Positions 11,273 to 20,740 of a stretch of DNA of 64,000 nucleotides are shown here, one piece after another. Source of the DNA: an uncultured Chloroflexia bacterium (GTDB taxonomy: Bacteria > Chloroflexota > Limnocylindria > Limnocylindrales > CSP1-4); the NCBI GenBank assembly GCA_963752475.1, contig CAVVYR010000008.1, positions 512,001 through 576,000 of the forward strand, given 5' to 3'. The translations under genes and the position numbers were made by a program. The notes under the pieces were generated by a model. That model searched no databases and was not told the DNA's origin. It saw only the letters and a list, made by a program, of their open reading frames with translations. How positions within the stretch are numbered: position 1 is the stretch's first letter; every line of letters begins with the position of its first letter.

Positions 11273-11358
11273 GGAACTCAAGCGCTTATTCACCTTGCAT
11301 AGATGAAGGTTCCATAACATTTCGTCTCGCGCGTAGGATCCGACGCCCTTTGGGGTGG

Positions 11359-12060
11359 TCAGGAGACGGCGGCGATGGCCTCGCCCAGGTCGACCGCGCC
11401 AGTGAACAGCGCCTCGCCCAGGATGACACCCGCGACGCCGGCATCGCGCAGCTGCCGAAGCCCATCGAGGCTGTCGACCCCGCCGGCGACGACCACCTCC
11501 GCGTCGAGCCCGTCGGCGAGGCGCCGCATGACCTCGACGCCGCCCTCGCCCACGTGTGAGAACACGAATCGATACACGCCGGCCCCATGCAGCTCGACGA
11601 TCAGCTGCTCCAGCGTGGGTTCGGGACGATGGCGCCACGGGTAGCCGCGCAGGCTCGCTGGTCGAGCGTCTATGCCTACGGCCAGCCAGTCACCGCCGAC
11701 CTCGATCGACTCGGACAGGACGGCGTCGTCCTCGACCACCGCCCACAGCGGCATGACCACGCGGGTGGCGCCGGCCGCGAAGGCGATGCGGATCTGATCG
11801 GGTCCGTCGACACCACCAGCGAGTTGGAGCGGCTTGGCTACGGCGCGCGCGATGGCGCCGATGGCATCGAGGTTGGCCGGAGCCCCCTGGGTCGCACCGT
11901 CGAGGTCCACGAGGTGGACGGCCGGGGCGCCTTGGGCCACGAAGGCCTCGGCCACCTTCTCCGGCCTGTCCGACGGAGTGCCGATGCCGGTCGCCGCGCC
12001 CGGCCACCACACGAGCCGGGAGCGTCCCTGCTGCAAGTCGATGCTGGGCAGGACGTACAT
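11359..12060 (-). CDS. HisA/HisF-like TIM-barrel protein (divergent)
   Basis: PSIDL, HLVDLDGA, QLAGG, VAGGV, GVILGEAL; lacks TDIxRDG. Confidence 0.75.
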   Translation of the reverse strand: MYVLPSIDLQQGRSRLVWWPGAATGIGTPSDRPEKVAEAFVAQGAPAVHLVDLDGATQGAPANLDAIGAIARAVAKPLQLAGGVDGPDQIRIAFAAGATRVVMPLWAVVEDDAVLSESIEVGGDWLAVGIDARPASLRGYPWRHRPEPTLEQLIVELHGAGVYRFVFSHVGEGGVEVMRRLADGLDAEVVVAGGVDSLDGLRQLRDAGVAGVILGEALFTGAVDLGEAIAAVS

Positions 12061-13727
12061 CAGGCGGCGGTGCCCGGTGACGGCGTCGGCCCGCCACCCT
12101 CGCCGGCCAGCAGACGGCGGTGGAACGAGACCGGCAGGCTACCCGAGTAGAGCAGCGCATCGTGGAAGGCCCTGAGCGAGAAGGCCTTCCCGAGCCGTGC
12201 TCGCTCATCGTCGCGAAGGCGCAGCAGCATGACCTTTCCCAGCAGGTACGAGAGGTTGTAGCCCGGCACGGTCGTATAGCGTTGCACTTCAGCCTGGGCC
12301 ACGGATCGCTCGAAGCCCGTGTGCTCGATGAGGAAGTCGACGCCTTCGTCCACCGTGATCTCGCCCCGATGCAGGCGGATGTCGAGGATGATGCGGGCCG
12401 CCCGCCAGATGGCATCGGTGGCCACCATGACCCGTCGCTCGGGGGTGTCCTCGAAGCCCTCTTCGAGCATCATCTGCTCGCAGTACATGCCCCAGCCCTC
12501 GACGAAATCCGGTGCCTGCGCCAGCAGCCTGGCCGGCGTGGGCGTGGCCAGCGCTGCGGTGAGCTGCAGGTGGTGGCCCGGGTAGGCCTCGTGCACGCTG
12601 GTATTGACCATCGACGACCAATTGTGCTCGCGCATGGCGCCGGGATCGTCGCCCACTGACGGCGTCACGACGTAGGTGCCACGCGATCGCTCGTCGAAGG
12701 CCGCGGGGTCGAAGTAGGCCGCTAGCGGTAGCACGCTGCGCATGAACCTCGGCGTGGCCACGACCTCCAGGTGATCGGCGGCCGGGAACGTGGCCAGCCC
12801 TCGCGACTCGATGTGGTCACGCGCTCGGAACATGGCGTCCCGGTAGCCGTTCAACGCAGCCTCGAAGTCGGTCGGTCCGTCCGCCTTGACCCGAGCCACG
12901 ACTGCGTTCTCGGTCAGGGTCGGGTCGACAAGCCGGCCGGCCTCACGACGTGCGGCGTGTTGTGCTTCGAGCTGTTCCCAGCCGATGGCCAGGATCTCGT
13001 CGGTGGTGAGCCCTTCGAGCGCACGTAGCTCGACGAGCCGGTCGAGCTCATCGCGGCCCAGGGCCACGCGTTCGCCCGCGACTTCGATGCGGGTCTCGAG
13101 CCAGGTGCCGTAGTCGAGCAGCGCAACGTCGGCCGCACGTGCCGCCGATCGGAGACGCTCGCGCTCGGGAGATCCCGCCGGCCAGACCTCGTCGGCGCTG
13201 GCCGCGATGTCGGCGATGAGCCCGGGCAGCTCGGCCGCGGTCGCGGCCTCACGCTCCAGCCACAGCCGAACGGTGTCCTCACCGAGGCGGTCGCGAACCT
13301 GCCCCAGAGCCGTCGGGATGCCCTCGATGCGGCTGGTCATCGAGCCCAGTCGCTCGGCCGGCGGTGCGAAGTCCCGGGCCATGAGCAGGAAGAGGGCGTA
13401 GCCGATGTCGTCGGTGGCCGTCGAACTCCGTTCCCACTCCCGAGAGACTTCGCCCTCGAAGAGCCGCAGCCGAGCGTTGTGCAGGGAGAGCTCGCGTTCG
13501 AACGCCGCAGCGTCGCTCAGGGTCGCGGGGTCGACCGCCTCGAGCTCGCGCACGAAGTCGCGGTCGGCTTCGATGTCGGCCAGCTTCGCCGCACGCGAGA
13601 GGTCGGGCAGGTCGCCGTCGTAGCGGTGGATCCCAAAGCTCGTCGCCCATTGCGGCCAGGTCGCGACCCAGTCGTCGAAGCGTGACCCGATGAGTGCCGT
13701 GACGAAGTCGTCCCCGGTGGTCTGCAT
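12060..13727 (-). CDS. DUF885 family protein
   Basis: HEAYPGHHLQ, EGWGMYCE, RIILDIRLH, EVQRY..PGY..SYLLG. Confidence 0.92.
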   Translation of the reverse strand: MQTTGDDFVTALIGSRFDDWVATWPQWATSFGIHRYDGDLPDLSRAAKLADIEADRDFVRELEAVDPATLSDAAAFERELSLHNARLRLFEGEVSREWERSSTATDDIGYALFLLMARDFAPPAERLGSMTSRIEGIPTALGQVRDRLGEDTVRLWLEREAATAAELPGLIADIAASADEVWPAGSPERERLRSAARAADVALLDYGTWLETRIEVAGERVALGRDELDRLVELRALEGLTTDEILAIGWEQLEAQHAARREAGRLVDPTLTENAVVARVKADGPTDFEAALNGYRDAMFRARDHIESRGLATFPAADHLEVVATPRFMRSVLPLAAYFDPAAFDERSRGTYVVTPSVGDDPGAMREHNWSSMVNTSVHEAYPGHHLQLTAALATPTPARLLAQAPDFVEGWGMYCEQMMLEEGFEDTPERRVMVATDAIWRAARIILDIRLHRGEITVDEGVDFLIEHTGFERSVAQAEVQRYTTVPGYNLSYLLGKVMLLRLRDDERARLGKAFSLRAFHDALLYSGSLPVSFHRRLLAGEGGGPTPSPGTAA

Positions 13728-13747
13728 GTGTGCCCCTCCCTCGTGAG

Positions 13748-14842
13748 CTAGACGGCGGCGGCCGAGAGACCGCTGGCGGTCAGGGCCTCGTGCGTGATCG
13801 CCAGCGCGTGCTCGATATCGCTCTGCTCGATGCCGTAGTGGGTCAGCGCCCGCACACGCCCGCCCGGGTACCCGATGTAGGCCAGGCCACGGGACTCCGT
13901 CTCGGCCATGAAGGCGTCGCGTGCCTCGAGCAGGTCCCGACCCGGCCGTGGCTGCAGGCCGAAGACGATGTAGTTGGTGCTGATGTCGGCGGGGTCAAGG
14001 CCGATGACCCCGTCCATGGCGGCGAGCCCTTCGGCCAACGCCCGGGCATTGGCGTGGTCCTCGGCCAAGCGCTCGATCATGCCGTCTGGGCCGTCCCCGA
14101 GGGCCACCAGGCCGGCGGCGGCGATGATGCCCGCCTGGCGCATGGCGCCGCCCACGAGCTTGCGGCCGCGATGGGCGCGCTCGATGAAGTCGGGCTCACC
14201 CACGACCAGCGAGCCGACCGGGCAGCCGAGGCCCTTGGAGAGGCAGAACGTGCCGCTGTCGGCATCTGCCAGCAGGGCAGCGGCCGTGGTGCCCTGGGCC
14301 ACGACGCTATTCCACAGGCGTGCGCCGTCGACGTGGAGCGGCACGCCCTGCTCGTGCGCGATGGCCGCGACGTCAGCGCTGTAGTCGGCGCTGAGCGGGC
14401 TCCCCAGCGAAGGGGAGTGCGTGTTCTCGATGGTTACCAGCGCGGTCGGTGGCTGGTGGTAGTCGTCAGGACGGAAGGCGGCACGCAGCTGGTCGAGGTC
14501 CCAGGTGCCATCGCGCTCGGCGGCCAAGGTGCGGACGGTGGCGCCGGTGACCACGGCGTAGCCGCCGGCCTCCATCTGCACAAGGTGGGCACCGGCATCG
14601 GCGATGATCTCGCCGCCCCGTGGCACGTGGGCCATGTGCGAGACGAGGTTGCCCATGGTGCCGCTGGGCACGTACAGGGCGGCGGGCTTGCCGGTCAGCT
14701 CGGCCGCTCGCTCCTGCAGGGCGAGGACCGTGGGGTCGTCGCCGAAGACATCGTCGCCGACCTCCGCTGCGGACATCGCGCGTCGCATGGCTGGGCTGGG
14801 CTTGGTGACGGTGTCGGAACGCAGGTCGATGAAGTCAGGCAT
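13748..14842 (-). CDS. ltaE: Low-specificity L-threonine aldolase
   Basis: IDLRSDTVT, PSGTMGN, HVDGARL, CLSKGLGCPVG, GGAMRQ. Confidence 0.95.
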   Translation of the reverse strand: MPDFIDLRSDTVTKPSPAMRRAMSAAEVGDDVFGDDPTVLALQERAAELTGKPAALYVPSGTMGNLVSHMAHVPRGGEIIADAGAHLVQMEAGGYAVVTGATVRTLAAERDGTWDLDQLRAAFRPDDYHQPPTALVTIENTHSPSLGSPLSADYSADVAAIAHEQGVPLHVDGARLWNSVVAQGTTAAALLADADSGTFCLSKGLGCPVGSLVVGEPDFIERAHRGRKLVGGAMRQAGIIAAAGLVALGDGPDGMIERLAEDHANARALAEGLAAMDGVIGLDPADISTNYIVFGLQPRPGRDLLEARDAFMAETESRGLAYIGYPGGRVRALTHYGIEQSDIEHALAITHEALTASGLSAAAV

Positions 14843-14914
14843 GGTCAGCCGAGCATATCGCCGCGGCACGTCCGGCGTACTCGCGCGGTCTCTGCTACAT
14901 TTTGCGTTCCGCAG

Positions 14915-14991
14915 GGACCCGTAGTGTAGTGGCCTAACACGCCAGCCTGTCACGCTGGAGATCGCCGGTTCGAATCCGGTCGGGTCCGCCA
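14915..14991 (+). tRNA. tRNA-Asp(GTC)
   Basis: GGACCCG/CGGGTCC acceptor, CCAGC-CTGTCAC-GCTGG anticodon arm, TTCGAAT, CCA end. Confidence 0.97.
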
Positions 14992-15053
14992 GTCCCTACT
15001 TCCACCCGCCCTGGACCGCTGTGCCCGCCGACGAGGGGAGACGTCGAGCCCGG

Positions 15054-16779
15054 ATGACCGACCAGACTGACGAAGTACGCCGCGCGCGGCAGTGGTCCAA
15101 GGTCTTGGTGCTTGCCTTGGTGGGCCTCTTCGTCTTCGGCATGCTCGGCTTCGCGCTGGCCGTGATGGATACCGAGCCCGAGGCGACCGAGCCACCGGCA
15201 CCCTCGCTCCCGGCCTTCCTCGACGACCTGCCATCGCCTGCGCCCTCTGAAGAGGCCGCCACACGTCGCTTCCTGCTGGCCGTGGCCGACACCTCACCGT
15301 CCCCCTCCGCCGAAGCCCAGGTCCAGGCCTCACCCCAGGCCTCACTCCAGGCCGAGCCCGTGGCCACCACGGTCGAGTCGGCCATGCCGGTCGTGCCCGG
15401 TGACCGGCTTCTGGTCCAAGGCCGACGGGTTGAAGCGCGCCAGGGTCAGGCAAGCGCTCGCCGACGGCGAGCTCAAGGGCTACCGCCGCATCGTCGTGGA
15501 CAAGGACATCGCCGACGCCCTCGCAGCCGAGCTCGACCTCGAGCTCCACGAGGACGTGCGCGCGATCAGGGCCGAGCGCGTGGCCAAGGCCGTGAGCAAG
15601 GGCGCCCTCGGGTTCGTGGCCGCCACCAGCCTGGCGCCCTCGATGCGGGCCCTCGACATCGGCGGCGTCTCGCTCCACGGCCATGACCGCATCGACGATG
15701 TCGACGACTGGCCGCTGACGGTGCCGCTCGAGCTCGCGCCCGCGGATGCCTGGGACCCGTCGCGGACCTGGGTGCTGGTCGCGGGCGGCGACGCCTTCAC
15801 CGACCGTGGCGTCTACGACACGGTCGTGCTCGAGGGCAAGGGCGTCGACTACCCCTTCGACGGCGGCACGGCCGAGGTCACCGGTCATGGCTGCTGTGAC
15901 CCGGTGTTCGATGACAACGTCGTCCCGCGCTACCGGCTCACCGGCGACAAGGGCCTCGTGCGTCGCCTCTTCAAGGGTGCCGAGCTGGCCGTGGTCAACC
16001 ACGAGCAGCCGGTCACCGGCGGCTGGGCGCACCACACCAGCGGCTTCCGCTTCAGCGGCAAGCCCGAGCTCACGCGCATCTTCACCCGCGCGGGCATCGA
16101 CTTCCTCTCGCTCGCCAACAACCACATCGGCGACTACGGCGCCAAGGGCATCCGCGACTCGCGGCGCATCCTCAAGGACCACGGCCTCGCGGTCGGTGGT
16201 GCCGGCAAGGACCTCGAGCAGGCGCGCACGGTGGACCTGCTCGACGCTGTCGGGACGCAGGTCGCGATCATCCCCTGCCTCGACTTCGTCAGGGTCTACT
16301 GGGCCGAGTCGGAGCGGGCCGGGGCCACGCCCTGCGTGGACCAGTACATCCGCAAGGACATCCGCAAGGCCAGGCGGGCCGGGGCCGACGTCGTCATCGT
16401 CTTCCCGCACTGGGGCGTGGAGTACACGCGCCAGCCGCTGGCGTCGATGCGCAAGCACGCCGCCCGCTGGGTCGATGCCGGCGCGGACCTGGTCATCGGC
16501 GCGCACAGCCACGTGGCCGGGGCCATCGAGGCGATCGAGGGCGTGCCCGTGCTCTACTCGCTGGGCAACCTCGTCTTCGACCAGCACTGGTCCACGAACA
16601 CGATGGAGTCGGCCTTGCTGGTGGCCACGTTCCACCGCGACCAGCTCATCGAGCTGCGGCTGCAGCCGTACATCATCCATGACACCAGCCAGCCCAACCT
16701 GCTCGACCCCGCGACGGGCGAAGGACGCCGCCTGCTGCTGGAGATGAAGCAGGCCTCGGCCGACTGGCTCGACTGGTAG
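15054..16779 (+). pseudogene. CapA/PGA_cap-family metallophosphoesterase with N-terminal TM, split by one extra base near 15396-15399
   Basis: TM and Pro-rich linker read to MPVVP, then continue in the next frame VTGFWS; LANNHIGDYG, HWGVEY, GAHSHV, YSLGNLVFDQ. Confidence 0.75.
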
Positions 16780-16853
16780 GTCACGCGATCGTCACGGATG
16801 ACGCGCTCGATGTCAGCGACGTCACGCGCGCGTCACGGACGGGTCCGTAGCCT
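16780..16853 (+). promoter_or_regulatory. Two GTCAC-N6-GTCAC direct-repeat boxes plus -10 TAGCCT upstream of ccdA
   Basis: GTCACGCGATCGTCACGGA (16780-16798) and GTCACGCGCGCGTCACGGA (16821-16839); TAGCCT 7 nt before ATG. Confidence 0.6.
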
Positions 16854-16860
16854 GTCGGCC

Positions 16861-17547
16861 ATGGAAGCACTCCTCGTCACCTTCGGGCTCGGTCTTGGCT
16901 CGGCCGCGAGCCCCTGCCTGCTGCCGCTCTATCCGGCCTACCTCGCCTATCTCACCGAGTCGGTCAGCAAGGACGCCGCCGACGGCCAGAAGCGCAAGAT
17001 CTCCGGCTTCCTTGGCCTGGCAATCCTCGCCGGTGTGCTCACGGTGATGCTCGGCGTGGGCATCATCTTCGCCGTCCTGACCGCGCCCCTCGGGCAGTTC
17101 CTGACCATCGCCGTGCCGGCCGTGGGCGTGCTGCTGGTGATCATCGGCGTGATGATGATCGCAGGCCGGAACCCATTCCTGCGGTTGGCCTCGGTGCGTG
17201 CCCCGGGCACCAACGGACCCATCTCGCAGGCCTACGTCTACGGGCTCTTCCTGGGGCCCATCGCGATCCCCTGCGCGGGCCCGTTCCTGGTGGCCGCGCT
17301 GGCCGTCTCGGTAGGCGTTGCCAGCGCCTTCGAAACCATCGTCACCTTCGTCGTCTTCGGCCTCGGCTTCGGCCTGCCGCTGGTGCTGCTGGCCGTGCTC
17401 GCGCGCGCACGTCAGGACACCGTGGTGCGCTTCATCGCGCGGCACCACCGGGCCATCGAGATCGGCTCGGGCGTGCTGCTCGTGGGCGCGGGCATCTGGT
17501 ACGTCTGGATCAACCTGGACACCCTGCTCCTGACGCTGGGCTACTGA
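16861..17547 (+). CDS. ccdA: Cytochrome c biogenesis / disulfide-exchange membrane protein CcdA
   Basis: SPCLLPLYPAYL and IPCAGP Cys motifs, GLGFGLPL. Confidence 0.9.
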   Translation: MEALLVTFGLGLGSAASPCLLPLYPAYLAYLTESVSKDAADGQKRKISGFLGLAILAGVLTVMLGVGIIFAVLTAPLGQFLTIAVPAVGVLLVIIGVMMIAGRNPFLRLASVRAPGTNGPISQAYVYGLFLGPIAIPCAGPFLVAALAVSVGVASAFETIVTFVVFGLGFGLPLVLLAVLARARQDTVVRFIARHHRAIEIGSGVLLVGAGIWYVWINLDTLLLTLGY

Positions 17548-17551
17548 GCCG

Positions 17552-18397
17552 TCAGGCCAGTCCGGCCTCTCGGGCGGTGGGCCAGAGCGAGAGATCGAGG
17601 TCGGGCCACAGCTGGGCCAGCTGGGCGAGGTCGCTGGCATAGCCCTCGGTCAACGATGCGTGCAGCGCTGCGGAGGGCTCGAACTTCGCTCGCGTCGTGG
17701 GGTTGACCTCGCCCCGGAAGGCGTCCGCGTCGAGTTCGTGTGGTTCGAGCCCCAGGAAGGCATAGGTGCGAGCCAGCTCGCCTGACGGATCGGCACGGCA
17801 GGCCTCGTACTGGCCGACCCACAATTGCTCGGCGGGGAAAGCTGCGAGTACACGTCGCAGCTGCGGCGCGTAGATGCCGCGCTGGAAGGCGCCCTGGATA
17901 TCCCGATGCTTCAGGGGCTCGCGCGAGGTCGCGAGCTGGTGTGTGAGCCCGGACCGGAAACGGTCGATGGGATCGCGCAGCAGCACCATGATGCGGGCGT
18001 CCGGTGCGGCCCGGGCGATGAGCCCCGGCGTCCAGAAGTCGATGAGATAGCCCGGCGTCCACTCGCCGGCGACCGAACCCTCGGGCACCGGGAAGTAGCG
18101 CTGGTAGCGCTCGATGTCGGCCTCCCCGAACGGGGTCTCCCACGAGCGGTCGAAGAAGTGCAGCTCCTTGGGCTGGCCGCCCGCGTTGACCACGGCGGGA
18201 TGCGCCTGGACGAGCCGGTTCCACCACGAGGTCCCGGCCTTCTGCGCACCGACACCCACGTAGTGCGGCGGGCCGACTCGCCATCCGGCGGGGGTCCTGG
18301 GGGGCTCGGGCGGTTCCGGCTGGCGCGGGCCGCGGAGGCGATACCAGGCACGCGACCCGCGAACGGCCAGGCGACGGACGCGGGACTTCAGTGTCAT
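17552..18397 (-). CDS. PAPS-dependent sulfotransferase
   Basis: GAQKAGTS 5'-PSB loop, KELHFFD, GEWTPGY, LRDPIDRFRS. Confidence 0.9.
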   Translation of the reverse strand: MTLKSRVRRLAVRGSRAWYRLRGPRQPEPPEPPRTPAGWRVGPPHYVGVGAQKAGTSWWNRLVQAHPAVVNAGGQPKELHFFDRSWETPFGEADIERYQRYFPVPEGSVAGEWTPGYLIDFWTPGLIARAAPDARIMVLLRDPIDRFRSGLTHQLATSREPLKHRDIQGAFQRGIYAPQLRRVLAAFPAEQLWVGQYEACRADPSGELARTYAFLGLEPHELDADAFRGEVNPTTRAKFEPSAALHASLTEGYASDLAQLAQLWPDLDLSLWPTAREAGLA

Positions 18398-19170
18398 CGC
18401 GGCATCTGCCACAGCGAGAGGTCGAGGTCGTCGGGCAGCAGGGCCGCCAGCCGCTCGTTCTCCGGGGCGTAACGGCGGACGAGCTGCTCGGCCTGCCACT
18501 GGCTGAGCGTGACCTTGGGGCCGCGCGACTCGTTGACGCGACCGCCGAGGTCGAGGCCCGCGGGGACCTCCGGCTCCAGGCCGATGAACTCATAGGTACG
18601 CTGCAGCTGCTCTCTGGGATCGGCCACGCAGCGCTCGTACTGCAGCACCAGCACCTGCTCACGGGGGAAGGTGTTCCATAGCCGCAGCAGCTGGTCGGCG
18701 TAGATGCCGCGGTTGAAGGCGGCGTTGGCGGCCGCGCGTGCGGTGGAGCCGACGGTGAAGCGGTTCTCGGCCAGCGTCCGTCCGGAGCGAAAGCGCTCGA
18801 CGGGGTCGCGCAACAGCACCAGCAGGCGGGCATCGGGAGCCGCCTGTCGCAGCAGGCGCGGCGTCCACACGTCGAGCATGTAGCCCGGCGTCCACTCGCC
18901 GCTCAGGCTGCCCTCTGGCCGAGCGAAGAAGGCGTGATAGCGCTCGATATCGGTCTGGCTCAGCTCGCCCGTCCAGCAGCCATCGAAGAAGTGGACCTCC
19001 TTGGGCGTGTCCGCGGGACGGCTGACCCGAGGGTGGGCGCTGATGAGGCTGTCCCACCAGGTCGTACCGGAGCGGGCCGTGCCCACACCGACGTAGTCGG
19101 GCGCCGCGGGCGTCCAGCCGTCAGGTGCGACGGGTGGCTGGGGCAGAGGGTCGGTGGTCGTGGCCGGCAT
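18394..19170 (-). CDS. PAPS-dependent sulfotransferase (tandem paralog)
   Basis: GTARSGTT, KEVHFFD, GEWTPGY, LRDPVERFRS; alternative GTG start at 19188. Confidence 0.9.
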   Translation of the reverse strand: MPATTTDPLPQPPVAPDGWTPAAPDYVGVGTARSGTTWWDSLISAHPRVSRPADTPKEVHFFDGCWTGELSQTDIERYHAFFARPEGSLSGEWTPGYMLDVWTPRLLRQAAPDARLLVLLRDPVERFRSGRTLAENRFTVGSTARAAANAAFNRGIYADQLLRLWNTFPREQVLVLQYERCVADPREQLQRTYEFIGLEPEVPAGLDLGGRVNESRGPKVTLSQWQAEQLVRRYAPENERLAALLPDDLDLSLWQMPR

Positions 19171-19193
19171 CACCGAGATGATAGGCACACGAA

Positions 19194-19230
19194 GTGAACG
19201 GCCCGCCCCCTGAAGGGACGGGCCGTTCGC
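19194..19230 (-). terminator. Hairpin downstream of flp1
   Basis: GAACGGCCCG/CGGGCCGTTC stem 24 nt after the flp1 stop. Confidence 0.7.
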
Positions 19231-19253
19231 GTTAGCTCTCAGTGAGCGGCGAG

Positions 19254-19412
19254 CTAGATGCTGTCGCCGATCTCGTTGAGGATGCCGGAGATCTCGCCGC
19301 CGAGGAAGATGAGGGCGGCGATGGCGATGATGGCGATGAGCGCCAGGATCAGCGCGTACTCGGCCAGGCCCTGGCCATCCTCGTCGTCGCGGCGAAGCAG
19401 GAAGTCGACCAT
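19254..19412 (-). CDS. flp: Flp family type IVb pilin 1 (52 aa, absent from ORF track)
   Basis: MVDFLLRRDDEDG|QGLAEYALILALIAIIAI..; GGAGG RBS. Confidence 0.93.
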   Translation of the reverse strand: MVDFLLRRDDEDGQGLAEYALILALIAIIAIAALIFLGGEISGILNEIGDSI

Positions 19413-19558
19413 GTCAGTGGTCCTCCGTAGGTTTCGGCTCCCCGCGCTTGCGGTTCGCCATGGATTTGATGAATACGCTCGGTCGCCCCTGGGGGCTGCC
19501 GTGCTCGGCGGACGTTACAGCGCCGCCGCCAACTGTGCACTGGGACTGCCGGCAGGCC

Positions 19559-19605
19559 AGCTGCGAGTCCTCAGTGCCGGAATGATGATGGTGGCCTTGA
19601 GGACT
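19559..19605 (-). promoter_or_regulatory. Conserved flp-leader hairpin motif, copy A
   Basis: Loop ACCATCATCATTCC closed by GCC/GGC and AGTCCTCA/TGAGGACT; followed 13 nt later by CGCAGCT. Confidence 0.6.
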
Positions 19606-19709
19606 TTCCATGGCACCTACGGGTGACACGGAGCGGGACTTTAGGCGGTGCTAGAGCACCGGTTCCAGTGGGTCTGTTGTGGTTGGTCCTGTTCTGGTGT
19701 GGTGACTAC

Positions 19710-19898
19710 TCAGGTACTCGAATTGATCGTGGCCCCGATCTCGTCCATCAGTCGGTTGATGGTGTCACCGAGAAAGATGAGTGCGAGGATGGCCACGATG
19801 GCGATCAGCGCCAGGATCAGCGCGTACTCCGCGAGGCCTTGGCCCTCCTCGTCGCTGGCAGGCCAGTACGCGGTCAGCCAACGGACTACGACGGACAA
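19710..19898 (-). CDS. flp: Flp family type IVb pilin 2 (62 aa)
   Basis: DEEG|QGLAEYALILALIAIVAI; GGAGG-N6-TTG start. Confidence 0.9.
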   Translation of the reverse strand: MSVVVRWLTAYWPASDEEGQGLAEYALILALIAIVAILALIFLGDTINRLMDEIGATINSST

Positions 19899-20109
19899 AT
19901 TCGTCCTCCGATCCGATCTGTGGTGGGTTCGGCCTTCCGTCCCCGAGAAACCGAGAGCCAGATCGATGCTCCAGGTGTCCGACGGTCTCGAACAGCGTGC
20001 GTCGCGGAAGTCACAGATGTCGCCGTTCCAAGGCGACCCAGGTGCTGGTCTGCCGGATGGCATTCGGCCGGACCGCGTCCCCCTGGACGCGTGAGGCGCT
20101 AGCTGCCTC

Positions 20110-20505
20110 CTACTCTCCGATGACCGACCAGATGAAGCCCATGAAGATGAAGATGCCGGCGAAGAGCCCGATGAGGGCGGGGACGCCGATCGTGTTCACT
20201 TCGAGGTTCATGCTCGCCAGAAACCCCATCGCCAGGGCCCACACGATGATGAGCACGAGGAAGAGGTACTTGGCGTTGACGGTCGTGATGGCCTCGACCC
20301 AGGCTGTCCGCCGTCGCTCCGGGACCAGCATGACGATGAGCAGGAACGCGACCATCACGGCACCCATCAGCGCGCCGCCGATGAAGCCGATGTAGGAACT
20401 GGCTTCCAGCTCCGTGCGCAATGCGCCATACACGGCCGTGATCACCGCCCCCAACAGAAGGAAGGCGGCCACGTAGCCGAGTGTGCGCAAGTTCGCCCAA
20501 GTCAT
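20110..20505 (-). CDS. Small 4-TM membrane protein of unknown function
   Basis: Four hydrophobic segments, typical codon use, TAGGAT upstream of ATG. Confidence 0.75.
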   Translation of the reverse strand: MTWANLRTLGYVAAFLLLGAVITAVYGALRTELEASSYIGFIGGALMGAVMVAFLLIVMLVPERRRTAWVEAITTVNAKYLFLVLIIVWALAMGFLASMNLEVNTIGVPALIGLFAGIFIFMGFIWSVIGE

Positions 20506-20740
20506 GAGGATCGGAATCCTAGCAAAACAACCAGCCGCGAGAACAACGTTTCCGCGGACCCCCGCGACCCGGGTCGCTCGCGACCATGCGGGGTGGACCG
20601 CCGAACAGTACCGTGCGCGCCCGGAGATGGGAAGCATGAGAGCGCTCCCGTTCCGCGTATCGTTGCCCACGGACAACGCCAGGCAGCGCGAAACGGCCAC
20701 ACCCCGGGGCGCGGCCGATCGGCTCGGAGCTTGCGACGAC

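Noticed and set aside
19599-19642. DosR/NarL-like GGACTTT half sites upstream of flp1
   Set aside because: Only half sites, one inside the hairpin stem, and absent upstream of flp3.
19420-19700. c-di-GMP-I/II riboswitch upstream of flp1
   Set aside because: Consensus elements (GGCAAA..GAAA..GACGCAAA; GGCAC..GTGCAACC) were not recognised; reported instead as an unknown motif.
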